The notes under the pieces: model-generated
Told to the model about the DNA's origin: nothing
Databases searched by the model: none
The model's input: the letters and a program-made list of their open reading frames with translations, nothing else
Position numbers and translations under genes: made by a program
In this document: positions 49,234 through 59,933 of the stretch, piece after piece
How the letters are laid out: each line of letters opens with the position of its first letter
Numbering within the stretch: position 1 is the first letter of the stretch
NCBI GenBank assembly: GCA_051252375.1
Contig: JBPOFY010000001.1
Location: 512,001 to 576,000 of the forward strand
Reading direction: 5' to 3'
Source: Opitutaceae bacterium
Lineage (GTDB): Bacteria; Verrucomicrobiota; Verrucomicrobiia; Opitutales; Coraliomargaritaceae
Length of the DNA: 64,000 nucleotides

Positions 49234-49471
49234 GTGAAGAGTGAGGAGTGAAGTGTGAAATGTGAAGATTGAAGTTGAAGGTTAGGGGTTAGGGGGTAGA
49301 GGCTAGGGGGGGGAGAACGTCGAACGCTGAATAGTTGCTTGTATGTAGCGGTGGTCGTCTCGACCGCCATTGCGGCGTGTGAAGTAGGGGAACGTCGAAC
49401 GCTCAATATTGAATAGTTGCGTTGATCTCAGTATTTCATGATTCGAAGTTGAACGTTGGAAGTTCGACGTT
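49234..49471. repeat. composite repeat block: three heptamer types and a REP
   Basis: gtgaaga-type array, ttagggg-type array, gaacgtc-type inverted arrays, REP gtagcggtggtcgtctcgaccgcc at 49345-49368. Confidence 0.8.
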
Positions 49472-49521
49472 CCCATCCCTTCTTGCTTGGCATCTAATGG
49501 TTGCCTGCAAGGCTGCGTTTG

Positions 49522-50271
49522 ATGTTTGAATTAGAAACTGGGCAGTATGTGATGGTTGCTTTGGGCGCTCTCTTTGTTGGGCTCGGTAAGGGCGGACTGC
49601 CAGGTGTGGGTAATTTGACTGTGGTTTTATTGGCACTGGCATTGCCGGCGAAGGCTTCGGTTGGGGTGTTGCTGCCGATTCTTATTTCAGCGGATATCGT
49701 GGCGGTGATTGTTTATCGGCGACATGCGATGTGGTCCTATATCGCTAAGCTGGCTCCTTGGACGGTGGTTGGCATTCTTGTGGGTTGGGTCGTTTTTAGC
49801 CGAGTGGATGATGCGCAGATGAAAGTGGTGATTGGCGCGATCCTTTTAAGTATGTGCGCGGTGCACTTTTTCCGTCGTTGGCAGCGACGCAATGAAACGG
49901 AGAAAGATAGCCTGCCGCATCATCCAGCTTTTATTATTGGGACGGGAGTCATCGGTGGTTTTGCCACGATGGTCGCCAATGCTGCCGGACCGGTGGCGGC
50001 TTTGTATTTTATCGCCTCGGGTTTGCCGAAGTATGCTTACATTGGCACAGCGGCTTGGTTCTTCTTTCTGGTGAATTTGTTTAAGGTGCCGTTCATGATG
50101 CAGCTGGGTATTATCGATGCGGGCTCGATTACTTTCAGTTTACGTTTCATCCCCTATGCGCTTCTGGGTGCGGTGGTGGCACCTTTCATTGTGAAGCATA
50201 TCAATCAGAAGTGGTTCGATTTTTTGATATGGTTCTTCGTCATTATTGGCGGTCTGAAGTTGGTTCTTTAG
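49522..50271 (+). CDS. sulfite exporter TauE/SafE family protein
   Basis: [14 protein letters not shown], multiple TM helices. Confidence 0.85.
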   Translation: MFELETGQYVMVALGALFVGLGKGGLPGVGNLTVVLLALALPAKASVGVLLPILISADIVAVIVYRRHAMWSYIAKLAPWTVVGILVGWVVFSRVDDAQMKVVIGAILLSMCAVHFFRRWQRRNETEKDSLPHHPAFIIGTGVIGGFATMVANAAGPVAALYFIASGLPKYAYIGTAAWFFFLVNLFKVPFMMQLGIIDAGSITFSLRFIPYALLGAVVAPFIVKHINQKWFDFLIWFFVIIGGLKLVL

Positions 50272-50308
50272 CACTGACATCTGCCTTCTATTTTTTAACT
50301 TATAAGCG

Positions 50309-50896
50309 ATGGCAAAATCTTCACGCAAACTATGGGCAGAATATGTGGCTCGTGGCGGTCCTTCAGCAAAGAAGGGCGTGGCTGTGTCGTCAAAATTACC
50401 GACGCCGTTTCAGGGCGTGGTTCTGGGGATCGATCCGAGCCTGCGCGGAAGTGGTTTTGCGATTTTGGACTATCGTTCTAGTTCGGACATTCGCGTGATT
50501 GAGACATGCACCTTGAAGTTGAAGCCGGCGATTTCACAGATCGAATGTTTGGGTGCGATTGGGAATCAGGTAGAGGACTTTATCGATTCACATAAGATTA
50601 AGCACGTGGCGATTGAAGAGACCATCTACGTGCAAAACTATCAGACCGCGCAGATTCTTGGGGCGGCTCGTGGGGCAGCCATTGCGGTGGCTGCGATGCG
50701 GGGATTGCCGGTTTTTGAATATGCACCCTTGCGGGTGAAGCAAGCGGTTGTCGGAGCGGGGCGTGCAAGCAAGGAGCAGGTGGCGAAAACGATGCAGAAT
50801 TTGACCGGCACTGATTTCGGTCTGCGGTTCGACGAGTCCGATGCGGCGGCGGTGGCGCTTTGCCATGCCTTTACTTGGAAGGATTTATCCGTATAA
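50309..50896 (+). CDS. ruvC: Holliday junction resolvase RuvC
   Basis: [36 protein letters not shown]. Confidence 0.93.
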   Translation: MAKSSRKLWAEYVARGGPSAKKGVAVSSKLPTPFQGVVLGIDPSLRGSGFAILDYRSSSDIRVIETCTLKLKPAISQIECLGAIGNQVEDFIDSHKIKHVAIEETIYVQNYQTAQILGAARGAAIAVAAMRGLPVFEYAPLRVKQAVVGAGRASKEQVAKTMQNLTGTDFGLRFDESDAAAVALCHAFTWKDLSV

Positions 50897-50913
50897 TCTT
50901 AGACCTATTTCTT

Positions 50914-51723
50914 ATGAGCTCTAATACTCCCCACGATCCTACGGCCGATGATCTCAGTAATTTTGAGCATCAACCGAATCAGAACTTTGCCTATGGTAGT
51001 CCGACCGATGAGGAGATTCGTCTGCAGGCGCTGAATCATACGAAGGATAAGTTGTTGTCTGTTGTGGGGCATGATTTGCGCTCAGCCATTGGCGGGGTGG
51101 TGTCGATTGTGTATATGTTGGATAAGCGTTTAGAGCAGGGCGACATGGAGGATGCGAAACGTCTGAGCGGGTTGATTCGTCGCGCGGCGTTGGATGCAGA
51201 TGATCTGTTGAAAGATTTGGTCACTTGGACTCGAAACTCAGGGCAGGAGCTGAACTTTCGATTGGAGTCGATGGATGTGGTGGAATTGGTGGAGACGGAA
51301 ATTGCGCGTTTGCAATCGGTCGCAATGCGAAAAAAGCAGCGTATTCGCTTGGAGGCATATGACAGTGGCATGATCCGAGCCGACTCGAACATGCTGCAGG
51401 CTATTTTTAGAAACTTGCTGACGAATGCTCTTAAGTTCTCTGACCACGAGTCGGACATAACGGTTCGCATTTATCGTCAACCTGGCTTATGGGAATTCCA
51501 AGTGTGCGATAAAGGTATCGGCATGTCGGCTGAGGTGCAGGATGTTTTGCTGAAGATTGATAAGCGCAAGCAAAAGCCCGGCACCTCTGGCGAGACGGGA
51601 TCGGGTTTCGGTTTGTTACTCTGTGAAGATTTCATTCAGCGTCATGGCGGGCATTTGACTTGGGAGTCGGCACTCGGGCGTGGCACGACTTTTTCTTTCA
51701 CTATTCCAGAGTTGTTGGGCTGA
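50914..51723 (+). CDS. cytoplasmic histidine kinase (HisKA + HATPase)
   Basis: [29 protein letters not shown]. Confidence 0.88.
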   Translation: MSSNTPHDPTADDLSNFEHQPNQNFAYGSPTDEEIRLQALNHTKDKLLSVVGHDLRSAIGGVVSIVYMLDKRLEQGDMEDAKRLSGLIRRAALDADDLLKDLVTWTRNSGQELNFRLESMDVVELVETEIARLQSVAMRKKQRIRLEAYDSGMIRADSNMLQAIFRNLLTNALKFSDHESDITVRIYRQPGLWEFQVCDKGIGMSAEVQDVLLKIDKRKQKPGTSGETGSGFGLLLCEDFIQRHGGHLTWESALGRGTTFSFTIPELLG

Positions 51724-51730
51724 GCTTAAT

Positions 51731-52441
51731 ATGGCTGAAACGGTTTTGATCACAGGTGTTAGTTCGGGTCTTGGCCACGGATTGGCAGAAGTTTTTTTGG
51801 AGCGCGGTGCGACTGTTTACGGATGCAGTCGGCGAAAGCCTCAAGGCCTGGTCGATAAAGGAATGCGCTTTGCTTCGATTGATTTGGGTGATGCCGCAGA
51901 CGGTGCAACTACGTTGAAGGAATGGATTGCTTCAGTCGGTGCATTTGATCTGGTCATTTTGAATGCTGGGAAGCTCGGGCAGATTCGCGACATGCAGGAT
52001 GCGCCGCTTGAAGATCTGAGAGAGACGATGGAGATCAATGTTTGGTCTAATAAGTGGGTCTTGGACGTCTTGTTTGAGAGCGTCTCCATAGTGAAGCAAG
52101 TGGTGGCGATATCATCGGGTGCTTCTTTGTCGGGGAGTCGTGGATGGAATGGCTATAGCATTTCCAAAGCAGCGTTGAATATGTTGATCAAACTTTACGC
52201 AGGCGAGCGCCCGGACACACATTTCACGTCGCTTGCGCCTGGCTTGATCGATAGCGCGATGCAAGACTACCTGACGAACCTACCCGCCGATGATCGTTTT
52301 GAGCCACTGGAAATTTTGAAAGCCGCGAAGGGAACGGAGCAGATGCCCGACGGTAAGACCTGCGCGAAGAAGTTAATCGATGCCTTCCCTCGTTTGCTTG
52401 ATCTGCAAAGTGGAGGCTATGCGGATATCCGAAAACTGTAA
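51731..52441 (+). CDS. SDR family oxidoreductase
   Basis: [19 protein letters not shown]. Confidence 0.88.
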   Translation: MAETVLITGVSSGLGHGLAEVFLERGATVYGCSRRKPQGLVDKGMRFASIDLGDAADGATTLKEWIASVGAFDLVILNAGKLGQIRDMQDAPLEDLRETMEINVWSNKWVLDVLFESVSIVKQVVAISSGASLSGSRGWNGYSISKAALNMLIKLYAGERPDTHFTSLAPGLIDSAMQDYLTNLPADDRFEPLEILKAAKGTEQMPDGKTCAKKLIDAFPRLLDLQSGGYADIRKL

Positions 52442-54394
52442 TTATCGTGTGACCGGGAATCCTGCACGCTCAGGGTATTTTTCGATAAACTTGAGGAAGA
52501 TGTCTTTGGCAATGGGACCAGCGGTTGAGCCGCCGTGGTAGCTGTCGCTGGCTTTGGTGCCTTCGACCATAATGGCGACGGCGATTTGTGGATTGTTGGC
52601 TGGCGCAAAACCGACAAACCAAGCTAGGTTGACTTCTTTACCATGGGCGCGGAAGTCGGCGGTGCCTGTTTTGCCTGCGATGGGGAGACCGTCGATTTGC
52701 ACGAGACGACCGGTTCCGTCGGGGCCGATGACACGTTGCATACCTTCCCAAAGTTTTTGATATTGTTTTTGAGTGAGACCGATCGGCTCGCCGCCGTGGT
52801 TGACCTGCATGCCCTCTTCGCGGGACAGTGCGCGGAGGGTCGGTTGTGTTCGTGTTTCGCCGCGCGCGATGGATGCGATGGCGGTTGCCATCTGGAGTGG
52901 TGTGACGAGTAGGAAGCCTTGACCGATTGCGGTGTTTGCCGTGTCGCCGGGCACCCAGCCTGCCCCAACTTTTTCGCGTTTCCACTCTTTGGTGGGCACG
53001 ACTAGGCGGCTGGTTTCGTAGGGCACCTCGATGCCGGTTTTTTGATCGAGCCCAAAGCGGATCGCCTCGGCACTCAGTGTGTCGATACCCATTTTCAAGC
53101 CTTCGGTGTAGTAGAAGACATTACAACTGCCTTCGACGGCGCCCGCGAGGTCGACGACACCGTGACCGTAGCGGGCGTGGCAACGAAAGATACGGTTGCC
53201 GAGGCGATAGACACCTTGGCAATCATGCTCAGTTTCGGTTGTGAAAGTGCCCGAGCGAAGCCCAGCGATGGAAGTGATTAATTTAAAAGTGGAGCCTGGT
53301 GGGTAGGAGAGTTGAAGGGCGCGATTGAGCCAGGCGCCACGTTCATTGATCTCATCAAAAGTGGTGCGTGGGATGAATGGGCTAAGGTCGTTGAGGTCGT
53401 AGCTGGGGTGGCTGACAATAGTGAGCACCTCTCCTGTGTGCACATCGAGCGCAATAGCTGCGCCGGTTCGGTCGCCAAGTGCGGTCTCGGCTGCGAGTTG
53501 AAGGTCTATATCGATACTGGCGATGAGGTCCTCTCCTTGTTTGGGCGGCACCATGTCGAGGCGTGTGTCTTGAAAGCCGAGAGGATCGACTCGCCACATT
53601 TCGGTGCCTGTTGTGCCTGAAAGTAAATCGTCGAAAGAACGCTCAAGTCCTGTCTTTCCTCGCTTCGTTTTGAAGGTGTAAGTTTTGATGCCGTCGCTTG
53701 GAATATCTTCGGGGTCTGGGTTGACGTTTTGCACGTAGCCGAGTGTGTGTGCGGCAGCTACTCCGTAGGGGTAGTAGCGTGCGGTGTCTGTATGGACTTG
53801 TATCGGATGCTTAGGGTGCAGTTGCTCGATTAGGCGGGCGTATTGGTCGGGGCTAAGGTCTTCAACTAGGGGTAAGGGAAGGAGCAGTTGTTCGTTGAAG
53901 TGTCGAATGACTTTGCTCCGTGAAAGTGTATCGTTTCGTCCAGTGATCTGATTGATCTGATCGACGTAGCGTTGGATGACGTTCATGCGAGCCGTCCACG
54001 CGCAATCGCTACGGTTGGCGATGGGCACGGTGTCAGGGCGAAGCTCGAGAGGGGTCTGCTCAAATTCTTCAATGAGTAATGCATCGGCTGCGTCGCGAAC
54101 GACGACGAACTCTTTGCGAAACTCTTTACGAAGATCGTCTAGGTAAACGACTGCAGAGTAATGGGGGCGGTTGCCGACAAGTAGGCGACCGTTGCGGTCG
54201 TAAATGTCTCCTCGTGGACCGGGCTTGAGGATGCGACGTTCGGTTTGGCGTTTTTCGAGTTCTTTATACTCGTTCATGTCGATGAGCTGCCGCCATGCGA
54301 GCCCCGCAACTAACACTCCGCTGGCAACCAGCACAATCCATACAAAGAATAGGATGCGCGGGTTCTCCCCTTTATGCACATCGAATTGATTCAT
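52442..54394 (-). CDS. mrdA: penicillin-binding protein 2
   Basis: [15 protein letters not shown] (SxxK), SCN, KTGTA; downstream of mreBCD. Confidence 0.92.
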   Translation of the reverse strand: MNQFDVHKGENPRILFFVWIVLVASGVLVAGLAWRQLIDMNEYKELEKRQTERRILKPGPRGDIYDRNGRLLVGNRPHYSAVVYLDDLRKEFRKEFVVVRDAADALLIEEFEQTPLELRPDTVPIANRSDCAWTARMNVIQRYVDQINQITGRNDTLSRSKVIRHFNEQLLLPLPLVEDLSPDQYARLIEQLHPKHPIQVHTDTARYYPYGVAAAHTLGYVQNVNPDPEDIPSDGIKTYTFKTKRGKTGLERSFDDLLSGTTGTEMWRVDPLGFQDTRLDMVPPKQGEDLIASIDIDLQLAAETALGDRTGAAIALDVHTGEVLTIVSHPSYDLNDLSPFIPRTTFDEINERGAWLNRALQLSYPPGSTFKLITSIAGLRSGTFTTETEHDCQGVYRLGNRIFRCHARYGHGVVDLAGAVEGSCNVFYYTEGLKMGIDTLSAEAIRFGLDQKTGIEVPYETSRLVVPTKEWKREKVGAGWVPGDTANTAIGQGFLLVTPLQMATAIASIARGETRTQPTLRALSREEGMQVNHGGEPIGLTQKQYQKLWEGMQRVIGPDGTGRLVQIDGLPIAGKTGTADFRAHGKEVNLAWFVGFAPANNPQIAVAIMVEGTKASDSYHGGSTAGPIAKDIFLKFIEKYPERAGFPVTR

Positions 54395-54921
54395 GAGATA
54401 GGAAAGTCTTCCGGTTCAGTGTCTAAGTGGCACAACTCGAACAGTAGGCGTTGCAGGTTGAAAAACCATGGCGCTACAATTAACAGGGTGAGGTGCGAGA
54501 TGAGCGAAGTGAGCAGAACCTGTATCCAAAATGCAGATACGAGTAGGTTCTCCACGCCTGATGCTACGGTGATTAATGCGATGGTGAAGAAATTGCACAC
54601 ATGTGCCAAAAGTATGGGGTGGTAGTTGTGCTCTGCGCGGAAGCGAAAACGTATTTGAAAGATGAATGCACCAGCTGCGAGGAAACCGAGGGTAATCAAT
54701 CCGAATGAGGCTGGTAGGGTTGCGTCGACCCATAGTCCGGTGAGTAATGTGCAGAGCACGTAGGAGCGGTGTCGGAGGAAGATGGCTGGCAGCACAAGCA
54801 TCGGGCCGAGTAGAACCAGATAGAGTGACCAGCTGCTAAGTGTAGAGTTCACCAATAGCGTTAAATAAAGGAGCAGTATATTTGCTCCGAACATGATAAT
54901 GATGCGTGGATCAAGGAGCAT
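54391..54921 (-). CDS. mreD: MreD-like membrane protein
   Basis: hydrophobic protein of about 176 aa between mreC and mrdA (called mainly by position). Confidence 0.65.
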   Translation of the reverse strand: MLLDPRIIIMFGANILLLYLTLLVNSTLSSWSLYLVLLGPMLVLPAIFLRHRSYVLCTLLTGLWVDATLPASFGLITLGFLAAGAFIFQIRFRFRAEHNYHPILLAHVCNFFTIALITVASGVENLLVSAFWIQVLLTSLISHLTLLIVAPWFFNLQRLLFELCHLDTEPEDFPIS

Positions 54922-55762
54922 CGATATCGAATTCAAGCGGGTTAAGTGGGATCAAAACGGCGACTTCATTAAGGCTAAGCAATCGCTCGTCGAGTAGGAC
55001 AGAGCCCGCCTGAAAGATGCCGGTGCTGCCGGGTTCTAGCCAAGCGACGGTGCCGAGCATGAGACCTGGGGGGAAGGTGCCGCCGAGTTGAGTCGAGACG
55101 AGTTTGAGTGGGGCTTGAGAGTTGGCGACGAGATCTTGAGGTGCATCTCGAACAGAGCCTTCGGGGTCGCCAAAGCCACTTTGTAGGATGCCTTGGTAAA
55201 CGACGGGTCGACCATCGCCTTCGAAAGTCGCAGCCATGCGAAAGTTCGGGCTGGTGACGAGTTCGACGCGACTGGTGAATGCATTCACTTCGACAACACG
55301 ACCAACCACGCCACCAGAAAAGATGACGGCGGCACCTTCGGGGATGTCGTAGTCGTTCCCTTTGCGGATAATGATTTGTTGCCACCATGCGCTCAGGTCG
55401 CGGCGCACGACACGGGCGACTTCGTAGCGGAATTCACGTCGGCTCGGCAGATTCAATATCGATTCGAGGCGTTCGACCTCGGCTTCGAGTGATTCGTTAC
55501 GCTGGGCGTAGTATTGGTAGTATGCTTTTTCGCGAGCGAGCTCGCGGCCGGCTTCGATGAGCTCGATTTTTGAATGGCTGCGTCTTGCCCAGAAGCCTTC
55601 TAGGTCGTCGAGGTATGAGCTGACGATCCACGCGGGAGCTTGAAACTCAGTGAAGCTTACTTTGAGGAAGGATTTTACAAATGTGGGCACGACCCACCAC
55701 ATGAGAAGAAAGGCGCCCAAGGCGACTATCGGTTTAAGCTTATCGAGGCGTAATTGCGCCAC
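54911..55762 (-). CDS. mreC: rod shape-determining protein MreC
   Basis: TM helix, coiled coil, GVVGRV, LGGTFPPG; follows mreB. Confidence 0.9.
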   Translation of the reverse strand: MAQLRLDKLKPIVALGAFLLMWWVVPTFVKSFLKVSFTEFQAPAWIVSSYLDDLEGFWARRSHSKIELIEAGRELAREKAYYQYYAQRNESLEAEVERLESILNLPSRREFRYEVARVVRRDLSAWWQQIIIRKGNDYDIPEGAAVIFSGGVVGRVVEVNAFTSRVELVTSPNFRMAATFEGDGRPVVYQGILQSGFGDPEGSVRDAPQDLVANSQAPLKLVSTQLGGTFPPGLMLGTVAWLEPGSTGIFQAGSVLLDERLLSLNEVAVLIPLNPLEFDIDAP

Positions 55763-55770
55763 TTTTTAGG

Positions 55771-56793
55771 TTAGCTTTTAGGGTTACCTGTGAGGTCTTT
55801 CAAGAGAAAGGCCAACTCATCCAAAACCATACCTGTGCCATTTGCGACTGCACTGAGTGGGTCGTCGGCAATGATGACTGGTAATCCGGTGGCATCGCTT
55901 AATGCTTGGTCGAGACCACGGATCAGTGCGCCTCCGCCGGCGAGGAAAAATCCGCGGTCAACGAGGTCAGCTGAAAGTTCGGGTGGGCAACGTTCGAGGG
56001 CATTGCGCACAAGCTCGACGATCGAAGCGATCGTATCGGAAAGGGCTTCGCGAATTTCCTGCGAAGTGATGGTGATGGTCTTTGGGAGACCAGCCACAGA
56101 GTCACGACCGCGCACTTCCATGGAGACTTCTTCTTCCAGTGGGAAAGCGGAACCGACACGAATTTTAATTTCTTCAGAGGTGCGCTCGCCGATCATCAGA
56201 TTGTAAGCGCGCTTCATGTAGTTGACGATGGCGCTATCGATTTCGTCGCCGCCAACGCGGATACTCTTGGTGTAAACGACACCGGCAAGTGAGATAATCG
56301 CGACTTCGGTGGTGCCGCCGCCGATGTCGACGATCATGTTGGCAGCAGGTTCGTCGATCGGGAGTCCGACGCCGATAGCGGCTGCCATGGGCTCTTCAAG
56401 TAGCACAACATCGCGTGCGCCGGCACGGATGGCAGAGTCTTTAACAGCACGGCGTTCCACTTCTGTGATGCCCGAGGGGACAGCCACGACGATGCGGGGT
56501 GCAATAAATGTTTTCTTCCGGTTCACCTTGTTGATGAAATACCGGAGCATGGCTTCGGTGATCTCAAAATCGGCGATCACGCCGTCTTTCATGGGGCGAA
56601 TCGCGGTGATGTTTCCGGGGGTGCGTCCGAGCATCTTTTTCGCTTCGGAGCCAACCGCACAGACCTTCTTGGTCGAGGTGTAGATCGCGACAACGCTGGG
56701 CTCTCGCAGGACGATGCCCTTTTCTTTAGCGAACACGAGGGTGTTTGCTGTGCCGAGGTCGATGCCGATGTCGTTGGATAGAAAGCCGATCAC
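55771..56793 (-). CDS. mreB: rod shape-determining protein MreB
   Basis: IGIDLGTANT, RPMKDGVIADF, EPMAAAIG, DIGGGTTE. Confidence 0.97.
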   Translation of the reverse strand: MIGFLSNDIGIDLGTANTLVFAKEKGIVLREPSVVAIYTSTKKVCAVGSEAKKMLGRTPGNITAIRPMKDGVIADFEITEAMLRYFINKVNRKKTFIAPRIVVAVPSGITEVERRAVKDSAIRAGARDVVLLEEPMAAAIGVGLPIDEPAANMIVDIGGGTTEVAIISLAGVVYTKSIRVGGDEIDSAIVNYMKRAYNLMIGERTSEEIKIRVGSAFPLEEEVSMEVRGRDSVAGLPKTITITSQEIREALSDTIASIVELVRNALERCPPELSADLVDRGFFLAGGGALIRGLDQALSDATGLPVIIADDPLSAVANGTGMVLDELAFLLKDLTGNPKS

Positions 56794-56904
56794 GTTGTGC
56801 GAGAGGTTGAGATGCGCGTGTTCACCAGTGGGTGAGCAGAGTGAGTTTTTCTATGAAAGCGATTGAAAGTCAAATAATTACCATGGAATAGGCAAACTCA
56901 TCGA

Positions 56905-58086
56905 CTAAGCGACGACTTTGAAGAAGATGCGCTTGCCTGCTTGGAAAATACTTTCGCTTTCTGGCGGTGTGATTTCGACGTTTGGATCGGTCTGCTTCTC
57001 TCCGTCCATCTTGACTCCACCTTGCTGCACGAGTCGGCGAATGGCACCCTTGCTTTCGAATAGGTCGGATTGTGCCATCACTTCAAAGAGAGGCGCACTG
57101 GCAGCGTCGCCGAGCAGATCGCTCCATGTGAAAGTGGGCATGTCGTCGGGAAGCTTATTCTTAGAGAAGACCTGCTCGAATTGCTCGAGCTCGTGTTTGC
57201 CTGCTTGCATGGAGTGGAATTGACCAACCAGTGAGCTTGCGAGGTGTTTCTTGGCCTCCATGGGGTGGCCGGTTTTGAGCTTTTCGATCTTTTCGTCGCT
57301 CAATTCGAGGAGGAGCTGGTAATAGGTCCACATCGTGTCGTCGCTGATCGACATGATTTTGCCAAACATGTCCTTTGGAGAATCTGTGAAGGCGATGTAG
57401 TTGTCGGCGCTCTTCGACATTTTCTTGGTGCCGTCCAGACCGATGAGCAGAGGCATCGTGATGACGGCTTGCTCCATCTTGCCGGCATCTTTTTGCAGTG
57501 CACGACCGACGAGCATGTTGAAGAGTTGGTCGGTGCCGCCGATTTCGACGTCTGCGTTGAGGATGAGCGAGTCGTAGCCTTGGATGAGTGGATACATGAA
57601 CTCGATCATGGAGATCGGTGCATTGCTGGCGTAGCGCTTGGCAAAGTCGTCGCGCTCGAGCATGCGAGCCACAGTCATCTTACGGGCGAGTTTGAGGCAG
57701 TCCTCAAAGCTCATGTCGTTGAACCAAGAGCTGTTATAAACGACTGTAGTCTTCTCTTCGTCGAGAATCTTGAAGGCTTGTTCGAGATAGGTTTCTGCGT
57801 TCCCAAAGATCTCTTCTTTTGTGAGCACCGGTCGAGTGCTGGAGCGTCCGGACGGGTCGCCGATGAGGGTGGTAAAGTCGCCGATGATCAGAACCGCTTC
57901 ATGTCCGAGGTCTTGGAATTGACGCAGTTTGTTGAATACCACCAAGTGACCAAAAGTGAGGTCGGGGCGTGTCGGATCGACGCCTAGTTTGACGCGCAGC
58001 GGGCGGTTGCCGTGCATGCGGTCTTCGAGTTCGGCTTCACCGATGATGGTTTCGGTGTTGGTGCGGATGGTTTCTATCAGGCTCAT
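56905..58086 (-). CDS. tyrS: tyrosine--tRNA ligase
   Basis: KLGVDPTRPDL, YPLIQGYD, GGTDQLFN, KMSKS, C-terminal S4-like domain. Confidence 0.95.
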   Translation of the reverse strand: MSLIETIRTNTETIIGEAELEDRMHGNRPLRVKLGVDPTRPDLTFGHLVVFNKLRQFQDLGHEAVLIIGDFTTLIGDPSGRSSTRPVLTKEEIFGNAETYLEQAFKILDEEKTTVVYNSSWFNDMSFEDCLKLARKMTVARMLERDDFAKRYASNAPISMIEFMYPLIQGYDSLILNADVEIGGTDQLFNMLVGRALQKDAGKMEQAVITMPLLIGLDGTKKMSKSADNYIAFTDSPKDMFGKIMSISDDTMWTYYQLLLELSDEKIEKLKTGHPMEAKKHLASSLVGQFHSMQAGKHELEQFEQVFSKNKLPDDMPTFTWSDLLGDAASAPLFEVMAQSDLFESKGAIRRLVQQGGVKMDGEKQTDPNVEITPPESESIFQAGKRIFFKVVA

Positions 58087-58091
58087 TTTTT

Positions 58092-58144
58092 GAGAAGTAA
58101 GAAGTCAGGAGTTAGAAGTCAGAGGGCCTAACAGCTAACGCTAG
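58092..58144. repeat. 7-bp tandem array upstream of tyrS
   Basis: gaagtaa gaagtca ggagtta gaagtca ... ctaacag ctaacg. Confidence 0.65.
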
Positions 58145-58192
58145 TGTGCGATAAAAGTGAGCCGATGGGCTCTATCGTAAAGAAAAATCTGC

Positions 58193-59278
58193 TTAGCGGA
58201 TCGTGATGTAGGGCTCAATTGGGCGATTGCAGTTGGCTGATGCGACAAAGGTGTCGCGGTCTTCGGTCGAATCGAATAGATAGAGAGCATAGCCGCCCCA
58301 GCCGCCGCCGAGGTATTTACGTCCGACACAGCCTTTGGCGTCGGGTAGTTCGCGCATACCTTCGCCGAGTTGGGCTTGGTAGCTGAGTTGCACGGCCTCG
58401 CCGAGTTTGTTTAAGTCGCGGAGAAAGACGCCTTCCTTAGCGGTTTCGCCGGCTTTTTGAACCAGGTCGTAGTCCCGATCGTTGTCTGCGTTGGCAGGGG
58501 TGTCGTGCGGAATGTCAGTGTAGTGCAGTGCCATGTGTCCACGTAAGAAATCACCATTGCGCTTGAAATGGAGCACGGGCTTTGGACCACTACGCCACGC
58601 GCAGAGTCCGGTTTCTCGGATGATGGCGGGGTCTTGCCAGCCGACGCCGAGGTTCAATTCGCTTTCGACTCCGTCGTTACCATTGAGCAAAGCCCATGCA
58701 CCGCTGCCGCCGAGGCCGGATTTTTGTTCGTAGCACCAGTCGGTGAGTGACACGAGTGGGGAGATCGCACAGTTGACGATGTAGGCACCTTCGCGAGCAT
58801 GGCGTGGCACATCGAGCCAGCCGCCGCCGAAATCGACACGTAGTGGCGCATACGCCGGGGTGCGGATATTGCGCACGATCGAGCTGGTGGAGACGGGAGT
58901 GAACTGTGGCGGGGTCTTCGGTAGGATGACGTATTCTGCGCCAACTTCCTCGCACAGCGCTCGTTTAGCAGCGCCGTATTGGTCGTCTTCTGTGACCGCC
59001 AGTATGTCGGGGCGAATCTTTAAAAAGTGGTCTTTGAAATCGAGCCCGAGGTCATCGCAATCACCGATGACGACTTGATCGACGATGTCCAAGCTGGTCA
59101 TCAGCGCGAGCTTGTGGTCCTGCGGGATGGAGGTGCGGCGTTTTTTATGCTCCCAGAGCACTTTGTCCGAAGCGAAGCAGACGGTGAGGTGGTCGCCGAG
59201 GGCACGCGCTTCTTTGAAGAACTGGATGTGCCCGCCGTGTAGAATGTCGTAGCAGCCGGAAATAAAGACTTTTTTCAT
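58193..59278 (-). CDS. cytidylyltransferase-like domain fused to a GHMP kinase-like domain
   Basis: SGCYDILHGGH (HxGH); PLRVDFGGGWLD, SGLGGSGA, KYLGGGWGG. Confidence 0.8.
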   Translation of the reverse strand: MKKVFISGCYDILHGGHIQFFKEARALGDHLTVCFASDKVLWEHKKRRTSIPQDHKLALMTSLDIVDQVVIGDCDDLGLDFKDHFLKIRPDILAVTEDDQYGAAKRALCEEVGAEYVILPKTPPQFTPVSTSSIVRNIRTPAYAPLRVDFGGGWLDVPRHAREGAYIVNCAISPLVSLTDWCYEQKSGLGGSGAWALLNGNDGVESELNLGVGWQDPAIIRETGLCAWRSGPKPVLHFKRNGDFLRGHMALHYTDIPHDTPANADNDRDYDLVQKAGETAKEGVFLRDLNKLGEAVQLSYQAQLGEGMRELPDAKGCVGRKYLGGGWGGYALYLFDSTEDRDTFVASANCNRPIEPYITIR

Positions 59279-59300
59279 ACAGAGAGGATTTAGGAATTAA

Positions 59301-59867
59301 TTACAAACGTTGGCGCACCGCCTCGTAAAGGCAGACACCTGCAGAAACGGAAACATTAAGGCAGTCGACTGTGCCAGCCATTGGTAGGCTGACGAGATGA
59401 TCGCAGTGATCGCCGGTTACTTTTCGGAGTCCCCAGCCTTCGCTGCCTAGGATGAAAGCAGTCGGACCAGTTAAATTGACGTCGTAGAGGGAATCATTGC
59501 CGCGATCGGAAGTGCCTACAATTTGAATGCCCGCTTCTTTGAGCTTACGGATCAAATTACTGAAATTTTTGCTTTTAAGGAAAGGCACATCGTCGGCACC
59601 GCCGCAGGATATGTCGCGCACGGTCGGAGTAATCCCGACGGCACCTTTGATCGGAGCCAGCACCGCAGTAACACCGGCGCCGGAGGCCGAGCGTAAGCAT
59701 GCGCCCAGATTATGTGGGTCCTGCACGCCTTCGAGGATCAAGAGTAAGGGGTTCTCCGTGCGCTCTATGAGATCGAAGAGATCATCCTCGTTCTCAAGAT
59801 AGATGATAGTGGGTCCCTTCGAGTGACGAGGTGCCCGTTTGATTTTGTGAATAGAATTGCGGCCCAT
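59301..59867 (-). CDS. SpoU/TrmH family RNA methyltransferase (RlmB-like catalytic domain)
   Basis: VQDPHNLGACLRS, GSEGWGL, CLNVSVSAG. Confidence 0.88.
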   Translation of the reverse strand: MGRNSIHKIKRAPRHSKGPTIIYLENEDDLFDLIERTENPLLLILEGVQDPHNLGACLRSASGAGVTAVLAPIKGAVGITPTVRDISCGGADDVPFLKSKNFSNLIRKLKEAGIQIVGTSDRGNDSLYDVNLTGPTAFILGSEGWGLRKVTGDHCDHLVSLPMAGTVDCLNVSVSAGVCLYEAVRQRL

Positions 59868-59875
59868 GGTTTTTG

Positions 59876-59911
59876 AAAAAGCTGAAAGATGAAAACTGAA
59901 ATGCTGAAAGC
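59876..59911. repeat. 7-8 bp tandem array between ruvB and the SpoU gene
   Basis: aaagctg aaagatg aaaactg aaatgctg aaagc; same unit type as 15609-15692. Confidence 0.7.
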
Positions 59912-59933
59912 ATAGAGTTATTGAGAGTGAGAA

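Noticed and set aside
49230..49406. N-terminal extension of truA
   Set aside because: It is a low-complexity translation of the repeat block; TruA similarity begins at MRWKC.
59301..59867. Pseudogene call for the short RlmB-like gene
   Set aside because: The catalytic SpoU motifs are intact and no frameshifted N-terminal domain is visible upstream.
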